DNA of 62,171 nucleotides, counting the filler. It is 5 parts of 5 records of this genome, joined end to end, with 100 filler letters (N's around TTAATTAATTAA, not from the genome) between each part and the next. Parts side by side here need not be neighbours in the genome. Positions count along the whole stretch, not along the records: positions 1 to 30,058 come from SRR2962707_1463; 4 more parts are not named here. One strand, given 5' to 3'. The notes under the pieces are model-generated. The model made no database searches and had not been told where the DNA came from. It worked only from the letters and a program-made list of their open reading frames with translations. Positions 1-8,374 of the stretch are shown one piece after another (the stretch's first letter is position 1; each line of letters opens with the position of its first letter). A program made the position numbers and the translations under genes.

Positions 1-169
1 GATGCGCAAGTTTCTGAAACAGGTCGGCGTGACCTCTCAGCAGGCCATCGAAGAAGCCATGCGCGATGTAGATACAGCGGGAAAAACCTTTACTGCGAAG
101 GCTGTTATCACCATTGATGGTTTAGAGATGGAGCATGTTGTTCAAGGTACGATCAAAGGGCAGGAGTAA
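1..169 (+). CDS. 5'-truncated small protein, DUF6494-like (formate dehydrogenase cluster-associated)
   Basis: Open frame from base 2 reads MRKFLKQVGVTSQQAIEEAMR...HVVQGTIKGQE, stop TAA 167-169, 3 nt before mrp. Family call from recalled N-terminal motif and neighbourhood. Confidence 0.7.
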   Translation, partial: MRKFLKQVGVTSQQAIEEAMRDVDTAGKTFTAKAVITIDGLEMEHVVQGTIKGQE

Positions 170-172
170 CCC

Positions 173-1237
173 GTGGCATTAACGCGAGACGCAGTTCTGG
201 ACGTTCTAAAAGGCATTGAAGCCCCCGGCGGAGACATGGTCTCAAGCGGGGTCATCAGGGCATTGAATGTAGAGGATGATGGCACCATCCGCTTTGTGAT
301 GGAGATTGATCCCAATCAGGCAAAAATTTACGAACCTTTGCGGGATCAGGCGGAAACACAACTGGCCGCTTTGCCGGGCGCTGGGAAAGTGTCGATTGTT
401 CTGACCGGCCACAAAGCGCAACCTGAACCGCCTCAGTTGCGTCCCGCCAAGGCCGCGGATCCAACCGGTCCTCAGAAAATTCCCGGCGTGGCGCATATCA
501 TTGCGATTGCCTCGGGAAAGGGCGGTGTCGGGAAGTCCACGGTTTCGGCCAATCTGGCCTGTGCATTGGCGGCCCAAGGGCGCCGTGTTGGCCTGTTGGA
601 TGCAGATGTTTATGGCCCCAGTCAGCCCCGTATGCTTGGCGTTTCCGGGCGCCCGGCCAGCCCTGATGGCAAGACCATTTTGCCCATGCGCAATCACGGC
701 GTGACAATGATGTCGATTGGCTTGATGACAAACGAAGATCAGGCGGTCGTCTGGCGCGGCCCAATGTTGATGGGCGCCCTGCAACAAATGATGACACAGG
801 TGCAATGGGGCGCTTTGGATGTTCTGTTGGTTGACCTGCCACCGGGCACCGGCGACGTTCAGATGACCTTGTCACAAAAAGCCCATGTTGATGGAGCCAT
901 CATCGTGTCGACGCCCCAAGATGTGGCTTTGATTGATGCCCGCAAAGGCATCGATATGTTCCAACAGCTCAAGGTGCCGATCCTTGGCATGATCGAAAAC
1001 ATGAGCACACATATCTGCTCAAGTTGTGGTCACGAAGAACATGTCTTTGGTCATGGCGGAGTCGCCGCAGAAGCGGATAAACTCGGCGTGCCTTTGCTGG
1101 CTGAGATACCACTCGATTTGCAAATTCGTCTGGCCTCGGATGGCGGCGCGCCGATTGTTGTCAGTCAGCCGGACAGCAAACAAGCACAGGCGTTCCGGGA
1201 TGTCGCCAATGCGCTTGTCGCAGAAGGTATTGCATGA
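173..1237 (+). CDS. apbC: Mrp/NBP35 family Fe-S cluster carrier ATPase (ApbC)
   Basis: GKGGVGKST deviant Walker A, DADVYGPS, WRGPM, DLPPGTGD, ENMS-x-x-x-CxxC motifs; N-terminal DUF59-like domain. Confidence 0.95.
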   Translation: MALTRDAVLDVLKGIEAPGGDMVSSGVIRALNVEDDGTIRFVMEIDPNQAKIYEPLRDQAETQLAALPGAGKVSIVLTGHKAQPEPPQLRPAKAADPTGPQKIPGVAHIIAIASGKGGVGKSTVSANLACALAAQGRRVGLLDADVYGPSQPRMLGVSGRPASPDGKTILPMRNHGVTMMSIGLMTNEDQAVVWRGPMLMGALQQMMTQVQWGALDVLLVDLPPGTGDVQMTLSQKAHVDGAIIVSTPQDVALIDARKGIDMFQQLKVPILGMIENMSTHICSSCGHEEHVFGHGGVAAEADKLGVPLLAEIPLDLQIRLASDGGAPIVVSQPDSKQAQAFRDVANALVAEGIA

Positions 1238-1938
1238 ACGACCTGACCTTCCCACCATTGATGTCCGGAGAAGCGGTGACAGAGGGGCAAGACCCCTTTG
1301 AAACCGCATGCTTGCGGGCCGTTCAAGGCTGCGATGCTGGACTGGTTGTTTATAACCTTGGCAAGTCCACTGTCAGTGCGGCACTGGTTTTTGCCCCCGA
1401 AGTCGCATTGAAAGATGCGATGGCCATGATGCCGCTCTGCGGTATTGGGTTTCAGAATGCACTTGGGGCTTTGGCTCCACCCGAAGTCTCAGTGCATCTG
1501 GAATGGGCCGGCGGTCTTAGGATCAACGGCGGAAAATGCGGCAGCCTGAAAGTCATGGCATCTGACAGTACCCCGGATGAAACGCCCGACTGGCTTGTGG
1601 TTGGGTTTACCCTGCCGCTTTTACCTGCAAGTGATCGGCCAGGTGACACCCCGGATGAAACCGCGCTTTACGCCGAAGGCTGTGCGGATGTTCAGGCCCC
1701 GGACTTGGTTGAGGCTTGGGCCCGGCACACGCTTAACTGGATCGGACGCTGGGAAGACAGCGGCAACGCAACCTTGCATGAAGAATGGCGCGGCTTGGCC
1801 CATGGTGTAGGTGAAAACGTCACACAGGCCGAAATGTCCGGTGTCTATCTGGGGGTCGATGAGCGTTTTGGCATGTTGCTGCGCGACGAAACCACCACAC
1901 ATCTGATCCCGCTCACCACCTTGTTGGAGACCCCCTAA
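1234..1938 (+). CDS. Biotin/lipoate protein-ligase-like protein (DUF4444-type C-terminus)
   Basis: ATGA overlap with mrp; EWAGGLRINGGKCG sits where BirA has KWPND...K; C-terminal GVDERFGMLL resembles the BPL C-terminal domain. Confidence 0.75.
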   Translation: MNDLTFPPLMSGEAVTEGQDPFETACLRAVQGCDAGLVVYNLGKSTVSAALVFAPEVALKDAMAMMPLCGIGFQNALGALAPPEVSVHLEWAGGLRINGGKCGSLKVMASDSTPDETPDWLVVGFTLPLLPASDRPGDTPDETALYAEGCADVQAPDLVEAWARHTLNWIGRWEDSGNATLHEEWRGLAHGVGENVTQAEMSGVYLGVDERFGMLLRDETTTHLIPLTTLLETP

Positions 1939-2417
1939 TGAACTTAGCGCGCGCCATTCATTTCGACGAAAGCGACCAGAATGTTTTCCATTCCCCAGCC
2001 CGTACCGGGGAATGGTGCATATCCGGTGGTTTTGAGTTCTCAAACTGGTCCGAGGGCGATCTGACTGGAAAGGCACGACAGGCCTTTGCCAACGGGTGGT
2101 TTGGTCTGGAAACCAGTGGTCGGGTTACCTTTGTCGCGGTCACTCAAATCGAAGCTTCCGAAGTTGAAACGCTGACACAGATGTTAGCTCAGCATTTTGT
2201 CACCTACTACGGTGCACCCGATCTGGACGCCGCGCGCCCCGTCGCTGCCGAAGAAATCGCCCAGATGGGGGAACTATGTGACGACCATGAACCCAACACG
2301 CTTTTGACGGTGTCCCGCGAATTAACGGACTCAGGTGTGCGCGAAGCTTTCCGTGTGATCCAGCCGCAAAACGCTGATTTGGACCAATTCGCCATCCATG
2401 GGTCGCTAGACGAATAA
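1938..2417 (+). CDS. DUF6505-like conserved hypothetical protein
   Basis: 159-aa ORF with TAATG overlap; MNLARAIHFDESD...GEWCISGGFEF...RQAFANGW recalled as this family. Confidence 0.7.
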   Translation: MNLARAIHFDESDQNVFHSPARTGEWCISGGFEFSNWSEGDLTGKARQAFANGWFGLETSGRVTFVAVTQIEASEVETLTQMLAQHFVTYYGAPDLDAARPVAAEEIAQMGELCDDHEPNTLLTVSRELTDSGVREAFRVIQPQNADLDQFAIHGSLDE

Positions 2418-2473
2418 CTGTTGCAGCGGTTGGCAGCCTGCCTAAAGCGCAAAGGAGTCGGCCCAAGCAGGCT

Positions 2474-2869
2474 TTAGTCCACCGTTTCGTCTCCATAAGG
2501 CAGGTCCGTCAGCGCAACATTCTTAAAGTCTGGTGCTGGCGTCGTTTCAAATCGCACTGCACCAATAGACGGCCGTCCCTCTAACATTGCTTTGACGGCG
2601 CGATGCATGCCGTCCATGAGACGTCCTTTCTCACACAGAATAAGCGGATGCGCCAAACTGGTCTTTTGCACCAACGCCATGTGCTCAGCCAGCGAACGTG
2701 GTGTCGGCACCTGGGTTGGCTCCGGATACCACCAGTTTTCATCTAGTTCGGCCAGATCGGACAAAGCGATCAATTCGGGCTTGATGTGTTTCGAAAGACG
2801 CACAAGCCTGTGGACGTCCCAAATAAGCGTGTCCGATCCCACATCGCGCGAATGATATTGTTTCCTCAT
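2474..2869 (-). CDS. Small hypothetical protein with ParB/Srx-like motif
   Basis: Likely start MRKQYHSR (ATG 2869); PLIL...GRLMDGMHR resembles the ParB/sulfiredoxin DGxHR motif. Confidence 0.65.
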   Translation of the reverse strand: MRKQYHSRDVGSDTLIWDVHRLVRLSKHIKPELIALSDLAELDENWWYPEPTQVPTPRSLAEHMALVQKTSLAHPLILCEKGRLMDGMHRAVKAMLEGRPSIGAVRFETTPAPDFKNVALTDLPYGDETVD

Positions 2870-3113
2870 ACGTCTTAGTATCCGAAAGCCCTGTTCGAAT
2901 GGGAACCCGAAAAATGCCAATTTTGGCATTAGGGGACCTAGGAAGACGTCGGCAAAGCTGTGGCTTGATTAGAAATACTGTCGCTGTATCGGCGAAAGGC
3001 ACAAAAGTGCCTCTCGCCCGCTTTGCGACCTAAAGTGCAATTCTTACTACGCATATGCGCAGTCACATAAGACCTGCTGGCAAAAGGCTCGTTTCAGACA
3101 AAACCGTGTTTAT

Positions 3114-3920
3114 CTACTGCGACGTCGCATTGAAGACGAACAGCGTTTCACCGTTGATCTTATATGTATCGATCAGCTCTTTCGCACGATCAGACACCAA
3201 CCAGCCCTCCAGCTTTTCCACCAAACCCGTTTTGACATGACTGTGTTGTTCAGGGTTCACAGGCAGGTAGGCATATTGATTAAACAGCACTGGATCACCG
3301 GCATAAAGCAGAGCCAAATCCCCCTTATTGCCAAAGTTCAACCAGCTGGCCCGGTCCGACATGATATAGCCGTTCATTCCCGAAGCCGTGTTCAAAGCAG
3401 CGCCCATGCCAGCACCAACAGCGTTGTACCAACCGCCAAAACTATCAACATCCAGACCCGCGCCAGCCCAAAGGCTTAGCTCTTTCTTATGTGTGCCACT
3501 GTCGTCGCCCCGACTGACAAACGCGCTTTCTTGGGCCGCGATTTTTTGCAGCGCGTCGACCGCATTTTCGGATCCCGAGATACCCGCGTCATCTGTATTT
3601 GGCCCAATAAAGACAAAGTCGTTGTACATGATTTCCCGGCGATGCGTGCCATAACCCTCAGCCAAAAACGCGTCTTCCGATTTGCGGGAATGCACAAGGA
3701 TCGCGTCAACGTCACCCTGACGTCCCAGTTTCAGGGCCTGACCTGTTCCGACAACCAAAAGCTGCACTTCAAGACCAAGGTCGTCTTTGACCGCGGGCAG
3801 CAAAATATCCGCCAGTCCAGAATTGTGGAAAGACGTGGTCACCGCCATGCGCATCGTATCGGCCTGAGCCTCTGCGGTCGTCATCATAAAAACCAAAAGG
3901 CAGAGTAATTTCCGTTTCAT
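3114..3920 (-). CDS. tupA: Tungstate ABC transporter substrate-binding protein
   Basis: Signal peptide then VTTSFHNSGL, VGTGQAL, MYNDFV, FVSRGDDSGTH motifs typical of TupA. Confidence 0.92.
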   Translation of the reverse strand: MKRKLLCLLVFMMTTAEAQADTMRMAVTTSFHNSGLADILLPAVKDDLGLEVQLLVVGTGQALKLGRQGDVDAILVHSRKSEDAFLAEGYGTHRREIMYNDFVFIGPNTDDAGISGSENAVDALQKIAAQESAFVSRGDDSGTHKKELSLWAGAGLDVDSFGGWYNAVGAGMGAALNTASGMNGYIMSDRASWLNFGNKGDLALLYAGDPVLFNQYAYLPVNPEQHSHVKTGLVEKLEGWLVSDRAKELIDTYKINGETLFVFNATSQ

Positions 3921-4624
3921 TCTACGATATCCCCTCTGAGGAAAGCTTGCGCCTGCATCGTTGTAGGTGCTTCAAAAAATGATTTGGCATCCGTTGCTTC
4001 GTGGACTTTGCCGCCCAACAGAAACAACACATCATCGGCCAGACGACGAGCCTGTCCCATGTCATGCGTGGACATGATCAACTTGGTGCCCCCCGCTTTG
4101 GCCGCTGCGAGAATGTCTTCGATCTCCCGCGTGGCGCGCCCATCAAGTGAGGCGCAGGGTTCATCCAGAAACAGGACTTTGGGTTCGCGGATCAAGGCGC
4201 GTGCAAGGGCCAGTTTTTGCTGTTCTCCGCCAGACAGGACCAATGCAGAGCGCGTCAGAGCGTCCTCCAGACCAACCCGATTGGCCCATATCTCAGCCTT
4301 TACTCGGGCAGCCCGTCGTGACACACCCGCCAATTGCAAGGGATAGGCCAGGTTATCAAGAACCGAGCGGCGCAACATGACAGGGCGTTGAAAGACAAAG
4401 GCCTGTTCACGACGGGCGATTTCAGTCGGACAGGCCCAGGCGATTGTCCCGCCATTTAAGCGCGCTGCACCATGCAGCATTCGAAGCAAGCTGGTTTTTC
4501 CAGATCCATTCGGGCCAACAACAATTGTCGTGCCTTCGTCATCAATCTTAAGGTCAACCGGACCCACCAGAACTTTGCCTCGGCGTCGGGTTATCGCGCT
4601 CGTCACAGTCAAGGGAAACAGCAT
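3917..4624 (-). CDS. tupC: Tungstate ABC transporter ATP-binding protein
   Basis: GPNGSGKT, LSGGEQQ, LFLDEP, STHD; ATG at 4624 just after the tupB stop. Confidence 0.9.
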   Translation of the reverse strand: MLFPLTVTSAITRRRGKVLVGPVDLKIDDEGTTIVVGPNGSGKTSLLRMLHGAARLNGGTIAWACPTEIARREQAFVFQRPVMLRRSVLDNLAYPLQLAGVSRRAARVKAEIWANRVGLEDALTRSALVLSGGEQQKLALARALIREPKVLFLDEPCASLDGRATREIEDILAAAKAGGTKLIMSTHDMGQARRLADDVLFLLGGKVHEATDAKSFFEAPTTMQAQAFLRGDIVE

Positions 4625-4625
4625 C

Positions 4626-5330
4626 TTACCAGCGCCCCTCTGTTTCCGTCTTACTAATCCAGTGGATCGTAAGATTGACTGAGATCGCGAGAGCAATCAA
4701 AACAAACCCAAGCCCCAAAGCCAGAGCAAAGTCCCCTTTCCCGGTTTCCAAAGCAATGGCTGTGGTCAAGACGCGGGTCGCATGATCAATATTGCCTCCC
4801 ACAATCATAATGGCGCCGACTTCGCCAATGGCCCGCCCAAACCCAGCCAGCGCCGCCGTCAGCAAAGCGCGCCGCGCGTCCCAAAGCAATGTGGTGATAC
4901 GTTGCCTCTGCGTGGCATTCATCGAGATCAGCAGGTCATGGTACTCTGACCAAAGATCGCGCAACGACTGATGTGCGATTGAGGCAATCAAGGGAACTAC
5001 AATCACAACTTGGGCAATGATCATTGCGCTTGGCGTAAAGAGCAACCCAAGCACACCGAAAGGCCCAGAGCGTGACAGCAACACATAGACCACAAGGCCA
5101 ACAACCACGGGCGGAAGCCCCATAAGCGCATTTAGAACCGCAATCGTGCTGCGCCGAAATCGAAACCGGCGCACGGCAAGCAACGCCGCCATCGGAAGCG
5201 CGATAATGCAGGCAATCAACAACGCGCTGACCGTCACCTGAAGGGACCGCAGCGTGATCTCAACCAGCTCTGCGTCCAATGTCAGGACGAGCCAGATAGC
5301 ACGGGACAAGCCGTCCCACAGATCAGTCAT
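4626..5330 (-). CDS. tupB: Tungstate ABC transporter permease
   Basis: NALMGLPPVVVGL, FGRAIGEVGA, TRVLTTAIALET motifs; hydrophobic helices. Confidence 0.92.
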   Translation of the reverse strand: MTDLWDGLSRAIWLVLTLDAELVEITLRSLQVTVSALLIACIIALPMAALLAVRRFRFRRSTIAVLNALMGLPPVVVGLVVYVLLSRSGPFGVLGLLFTPSAMIIAQVVIVVPLIASIAHQSLRDLWSEYHDLLISMNATQRQRITTLLWDARRALLTAALAGFGRAIGEVGAIMIVGGNIDHATRVLTTAIALETGKGDFALALGLGFVLIALAISVNLTIHWISKTETEGRW

Positions 5331-5583
5331 GTGTTGTTTACCTTCCTCGTCCCCTTAAGCGCATTCTGTCAGGGCAATTCAGGCGGGTGTACCGAAAAAT
5401 GACGTCTTTTCTGGCCTCTGAGAGATTTTTATTGGGGGCCTCAACTACGTCGGGACACGCTGGGACATATTGACAGCATGGCGCTTTGCATTAGGGACAT
5501 TTTGTCTAAACCGACATTTTTGGTGCAGTTTATAGCGGAATGAATTTCGACCGTCTTACGACAACCAACGACTCACCCAATCC

Positions 5584-6339
5584 TTAACCGCGCCGCGCAG
5601 ATAGTTTTTCTGATAGAATTTCGGCAAGCGTTGCTGGCGCGACCAGTTGCGGGGCGTGGCCGGTGTTCATCGAAACCACATCAATCTCGGGAACCAAGCT
5701 CTGCATAAAGCGCTGCGCCTCAATCGGGATAGACTGGTCCGCAGTGGCTTCTATATAGAGTTTGGGCACGCTCTCGAACCTGTCTTTCGTCGTTGCGATG
5801 CGCAAGCGATGTCCGACCATGGGTTGTGGGGTTAACTGCGCCGCCGCTGCAGCCGCCATTTCAACCTCAGCATCCTGATAGAAATGCTGAATTGCTTTAT
5901 CTTCGGGGACAGAACAGGTCAGCCCATCCGGTGCCATTTGAATAAAGGGTGTGATCCCAAATTGACCGAGCGCAGGCGCCACATGCTGTTGCACCTCATC
6001 AAAGCCGCGTTCGTCTGGTAAAAGCATGCCCGCAAGATACACGGCCAGCGAGACTTTCTCTGGGTAAGCCTCGGCCCCGGCGGTAGTGAGCATGCCCCCG
6101 CCCGAATGTCCGACAAGAACGACGGGTCCAGGACTGTCCTCAATCGCGGCTTTCAACGCAGTATGATAATCGGCCTCTGTGACACTTTGAGCGGGAACGG
6201 GATGGTGCCCATTCCCCGGCAAGTCCAAGGCAACAGCCTCAAGCCCGCGTTTTTCGAGTTCGGGCAAAAGCCGCCCCCATCCCCACGCGCCTTGCCATGC
6301 GCCGTGGATCAGGATCAATCGCTCAGGATTTTGTGACAT
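5584..6339 (-). CDS. Alpha/beta fold hydrolase (methylesterase/SABP2-like)
   Basis: LIHGAWQG, GHSGG nucleophile elbow, D (ADQSIP) and H (TGHAPQL) triad; start MSQNPE overlaps upstream gene. Confidence 0.88.
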   Translation of the reverse strand: MSQNPERLILIHGAWQGAWGWGRLLPELEKRGLEAVALDLPGNGHHPVPAQSVTEADYHTALKAAIEDSPGPVVLVGHSGGGMLTTAGAEAYPEKVSLAVYLAGMLLPDERGFDEVQQHVAPALGQFGITPFIQMAPDGLTCSVPEDKAIQHFYQDAEVEMAAAAAAQLTPQPMVGHRLRIATTKDRFESVPKLYIEATADQSIPIEAQRFMQSLVPEIDVVSMNTGHAPQLVAPATLAEILSEKLSARRG

Positions 6340-7279
6340 AGGTCCGCGCATACATGGCTTTCAAATGATCCTGCACTTTGATCGGCGGGTATTTCGGCGT
6401 TTCGCCCTCAGCCAAGCAAGTATCAATGCATTCCACCTCGTGCATTGGATTACCGGAATAAAAGAACGGAATGGAATACCGTTCGCGTCCAGAACGATTG
6501 ATCACCCGGTGCAGGGTCGAGCGATAGCGGTCATTTGTCCAACGCGCGATCATGTCGCCAAGATTAACGATATAGGCCCCCGGCACGGGCGGTGCTTCGA
6601 TCCACGTTTCGTTGACGATATCCCAGACCTGCAGCCCCCCCACGTCATCCTGCAACAGCATTGTGAGACCGCCAAAATCGGTATGCGCCCCTGCGCCCAT
6701 TTCGGACGGCACATCAGGGCGCGATGGGGGATAGTGCAAAAGCCTCAGAGTCGCGGCAGGGTCCCTCGTAAACGCTGAAAAATGGTCTTCGGCAAGGTTA
6801 AGCGACAAGGCCAACCCCAACATCAATCGCTCTGCAACGATATTAAGCGCGGCAAAATAGGCGACCATCACAGGACGAAACGCCGGCAAATCATCCGGCC
6901 ATTGGTTCGCTCCGGCGTTAAACTCTCCTGCCAGAACGCGCGGATGGGTCGGCGCCAAGTCTTCGCCGATATAAAACCCTTCTTTGCGGTCCGGCAATGC
7001 ACCGGGTTGCAGCGTCTGACCACCCAAAGTTTCATACCCTCGGGTCGCGGGTGACTTGGATTTATCGAGGGCATCCTTGGCTTCATTCGGCAAATCGAAC
7101 AAGGCGCGGGTCTGATCCATCGCCGCCGAGATCAGTCCTTCGGGCACCCCATGCCCGGTACAATAGAAAAACCCATGTTCCGAGCAAGCCTGCCGCAAAG
7201 CATCCCCGACAGCAGCGCGTGCTGCCGGGTCTGATGAAGATAGGTTGGACATATCAATGATCGGAAGCCCCATGGTCAC
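6323..7279 (-). CDS. 2OG-Fe(II) oxygenase, isopenicillin N synthase-like family (copy 2)
   Basis: LPIIDMS N-terminus, LRLLHYPP, GAHTDFG (HxD), NLGDM, STLHRV, RYSIPFF (RxS). Confidence 0.93.
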   Translation of the reverse strand: MTMGLPIIDMSNLSSSDPAARAAVGDALRQACSEHGFFYCTGHGVPEGLISAAMDQTRALFDLPNEAKDALDKSKSPATRGYETLGGQTLQPGALPDRKEGFYIGEDLAPTHPRVLAGEFNAGANQWPDDLPAFRPVMVAYFAALNIVAERLMLGLALSLNLAEDHFSAFTRDPAATLRLLHYPPSRPDVPSEMGAGAHTDFGGLTMLLQDDVGGLQVWDIVNETWIEAPPVPGAYIVNLGDMIARWTNDRYRSTLHRVINRSGRERYSIPFFYSGNPMHEVECIDTCLAEGETPKYPPIKVQDHLKAMYARTYVTKS

Positions 7280-8274
7280 TTCTTCCCGAAATTCGCGCCA
7301 AGGCGCATTTGGATATACTCATGCGCGGTCATGGCCTCGTATTTCTTTTCCGGACCTTCCAGGACCGTGTCCATATTGGCCTGACAGAAGAACGCCATCG
7401 AATAGCGTGGCCCTAAATAGCTGTCCGGCTTGGGCATCCGCACACGGTGCAAGTTTGACAACAGCTTATCATCAGACCAGCGCATCAACATGTCTCCGAT
7501 GTTGCACGTTATCACCCCGCCCAAAGGTGGCACATCTGTCCAGGCGATCGCGCGGCCTTTGGTATCTTTGCCCGGACAGACCTGCAGCCCCCCCTGCCCT
7601 TCGCGTTGATGAAGCAAGGTCAGGCAATCAAAGTCTGTATGCGCCCCGGCGCGCCAAAATCGAAAATCTTCCTCTTTGGCGTCTTCCATACCCAGATAGT
7701 GCAACAGACGAAGGGTCGATTGATACTCTGGCACCATGGGGTCATGACCATCGGTGAAAAAGTCGTCAGGAAAGCCCAGCTTGTCTGCGAAACACGACAG
7801 CACTTTCATCCCTAGCGCCCAGTTGTGCCGCTCAAAGGCCAACATGGTGGCTTTAAACCCCGGCAGCTCTGCACCTGTGGGCCACAAGGCAGACATACGC
7901 GGTAAAGTGATCTGATAACTTTCCTTGCGATCCGCCGTCCCTGTCGAGGGACGCACTTGCGCCATATATTCCCATCCGGAATTGGTGCCGGGTTTAAGGG
8001 GGTATTGCGCTTTGGTCTCATTTGGCAGATCGAAAAAGCCTGCGGACAAGGAAAATGCCTCGTCGATCAGCTCTTCTGGAATACCGTGATTGGCCAGTTG
8101 GAAAAACCCGATCCCTGTGGCTGCCTCCCAGAGCTCCTCTGTAATCTCCGCTTTCCGATTAAAAAAATCGGACATGTCGATCTGCGGAATGTCCCGTTCA
8201 ACTTCTTCGCCAAGCCCACCAAACCCGGTCTCTTTGTTCAGCTCTTTCAACTCATAATTTGTTTCTGTGCTCAT
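7276..8274 (-). CDS. 2OG-Fe(II) oxygenase, isopenicillin N synthase-like family (copy 1)
   Basis: IPQIDMS, LRLLHY, AGAHTDFD, NIGDM, SNLHRV, RYSMAFF; ATG 8274 preceded by GGAG. Confidence 0.93.
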   Translation of the reverse strand: MSTETNYELKELNKETGFGGLGEEVERDIPQIDMSDFFNRKAEITEELWEAATGIGFFQLANHGIPEELIDEAFSLSAGFFDLPNETKAQYPLKPGTNSGWEYMAQVRPSTGTADRKESYQITLPRMSALWPTGAELPGFKATMLAFERHNWALGMKVLSCFADKLGFPDDFFTDGHDPMVPEYQSTLRLLHYLGMEDAKEEDFRFWRAGAHTDFDCLTLLHQREGQGGLQVCPGKDTKGRAIAWTDVPPLGGVITCNIGDMLMRWSDDKLLSNLHRVRMPKPDSYLGPRYSMAFFCQANMDTVLEGPEKKYEAMTAHEYIQMRLGANFGKK

Positions 8275-8316
8275 CTCTGTCTCCATACGAATTGGCCCAA
8301 GTCGGCCATGGGGTCT

Positions 8317-8361
8317 GGAGCAATGACCTACGCGTTTCACGGCGCTGACAGCTTATACTCC
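8317..8361 (-). promoter_or_regulatory. Xanthine (NMT1 motif) riboswitch-like aptamer, variant, internal to operon
   Basis: Minus strand GGAGUAUAAGCUGUCAGCGCCGUGAAACGCGUAGGUCAUUGCUCC. P1 GGAGUA/UGCUCC, conserved AAGC and AUUGCUC, CUG/UAG pairing in place of CGG/CCG of the leader copy; lies between amidohydrolase stop and oxygenase start. Confidence 0.75.
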
Positions 8362-8374
8362 GGTTGAATGACGG

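Noticed and set aside
5331-5583. Moco/Wco riboswitch upstream of tupB
   Set aside because: No recognisable multi-stem motif by eye; a covariance search would be needed to exclude it.
8275-8340. N-terminal extension of oxygenase 1 in the ORF track (and similar extensions at 9859, 12644, 17293, 25827, 54964, 61193)
   Set aside because: Extensions overlap neighbouring genes or the riboswitch; downstream starts have SD sequences or stop-start overlaps.
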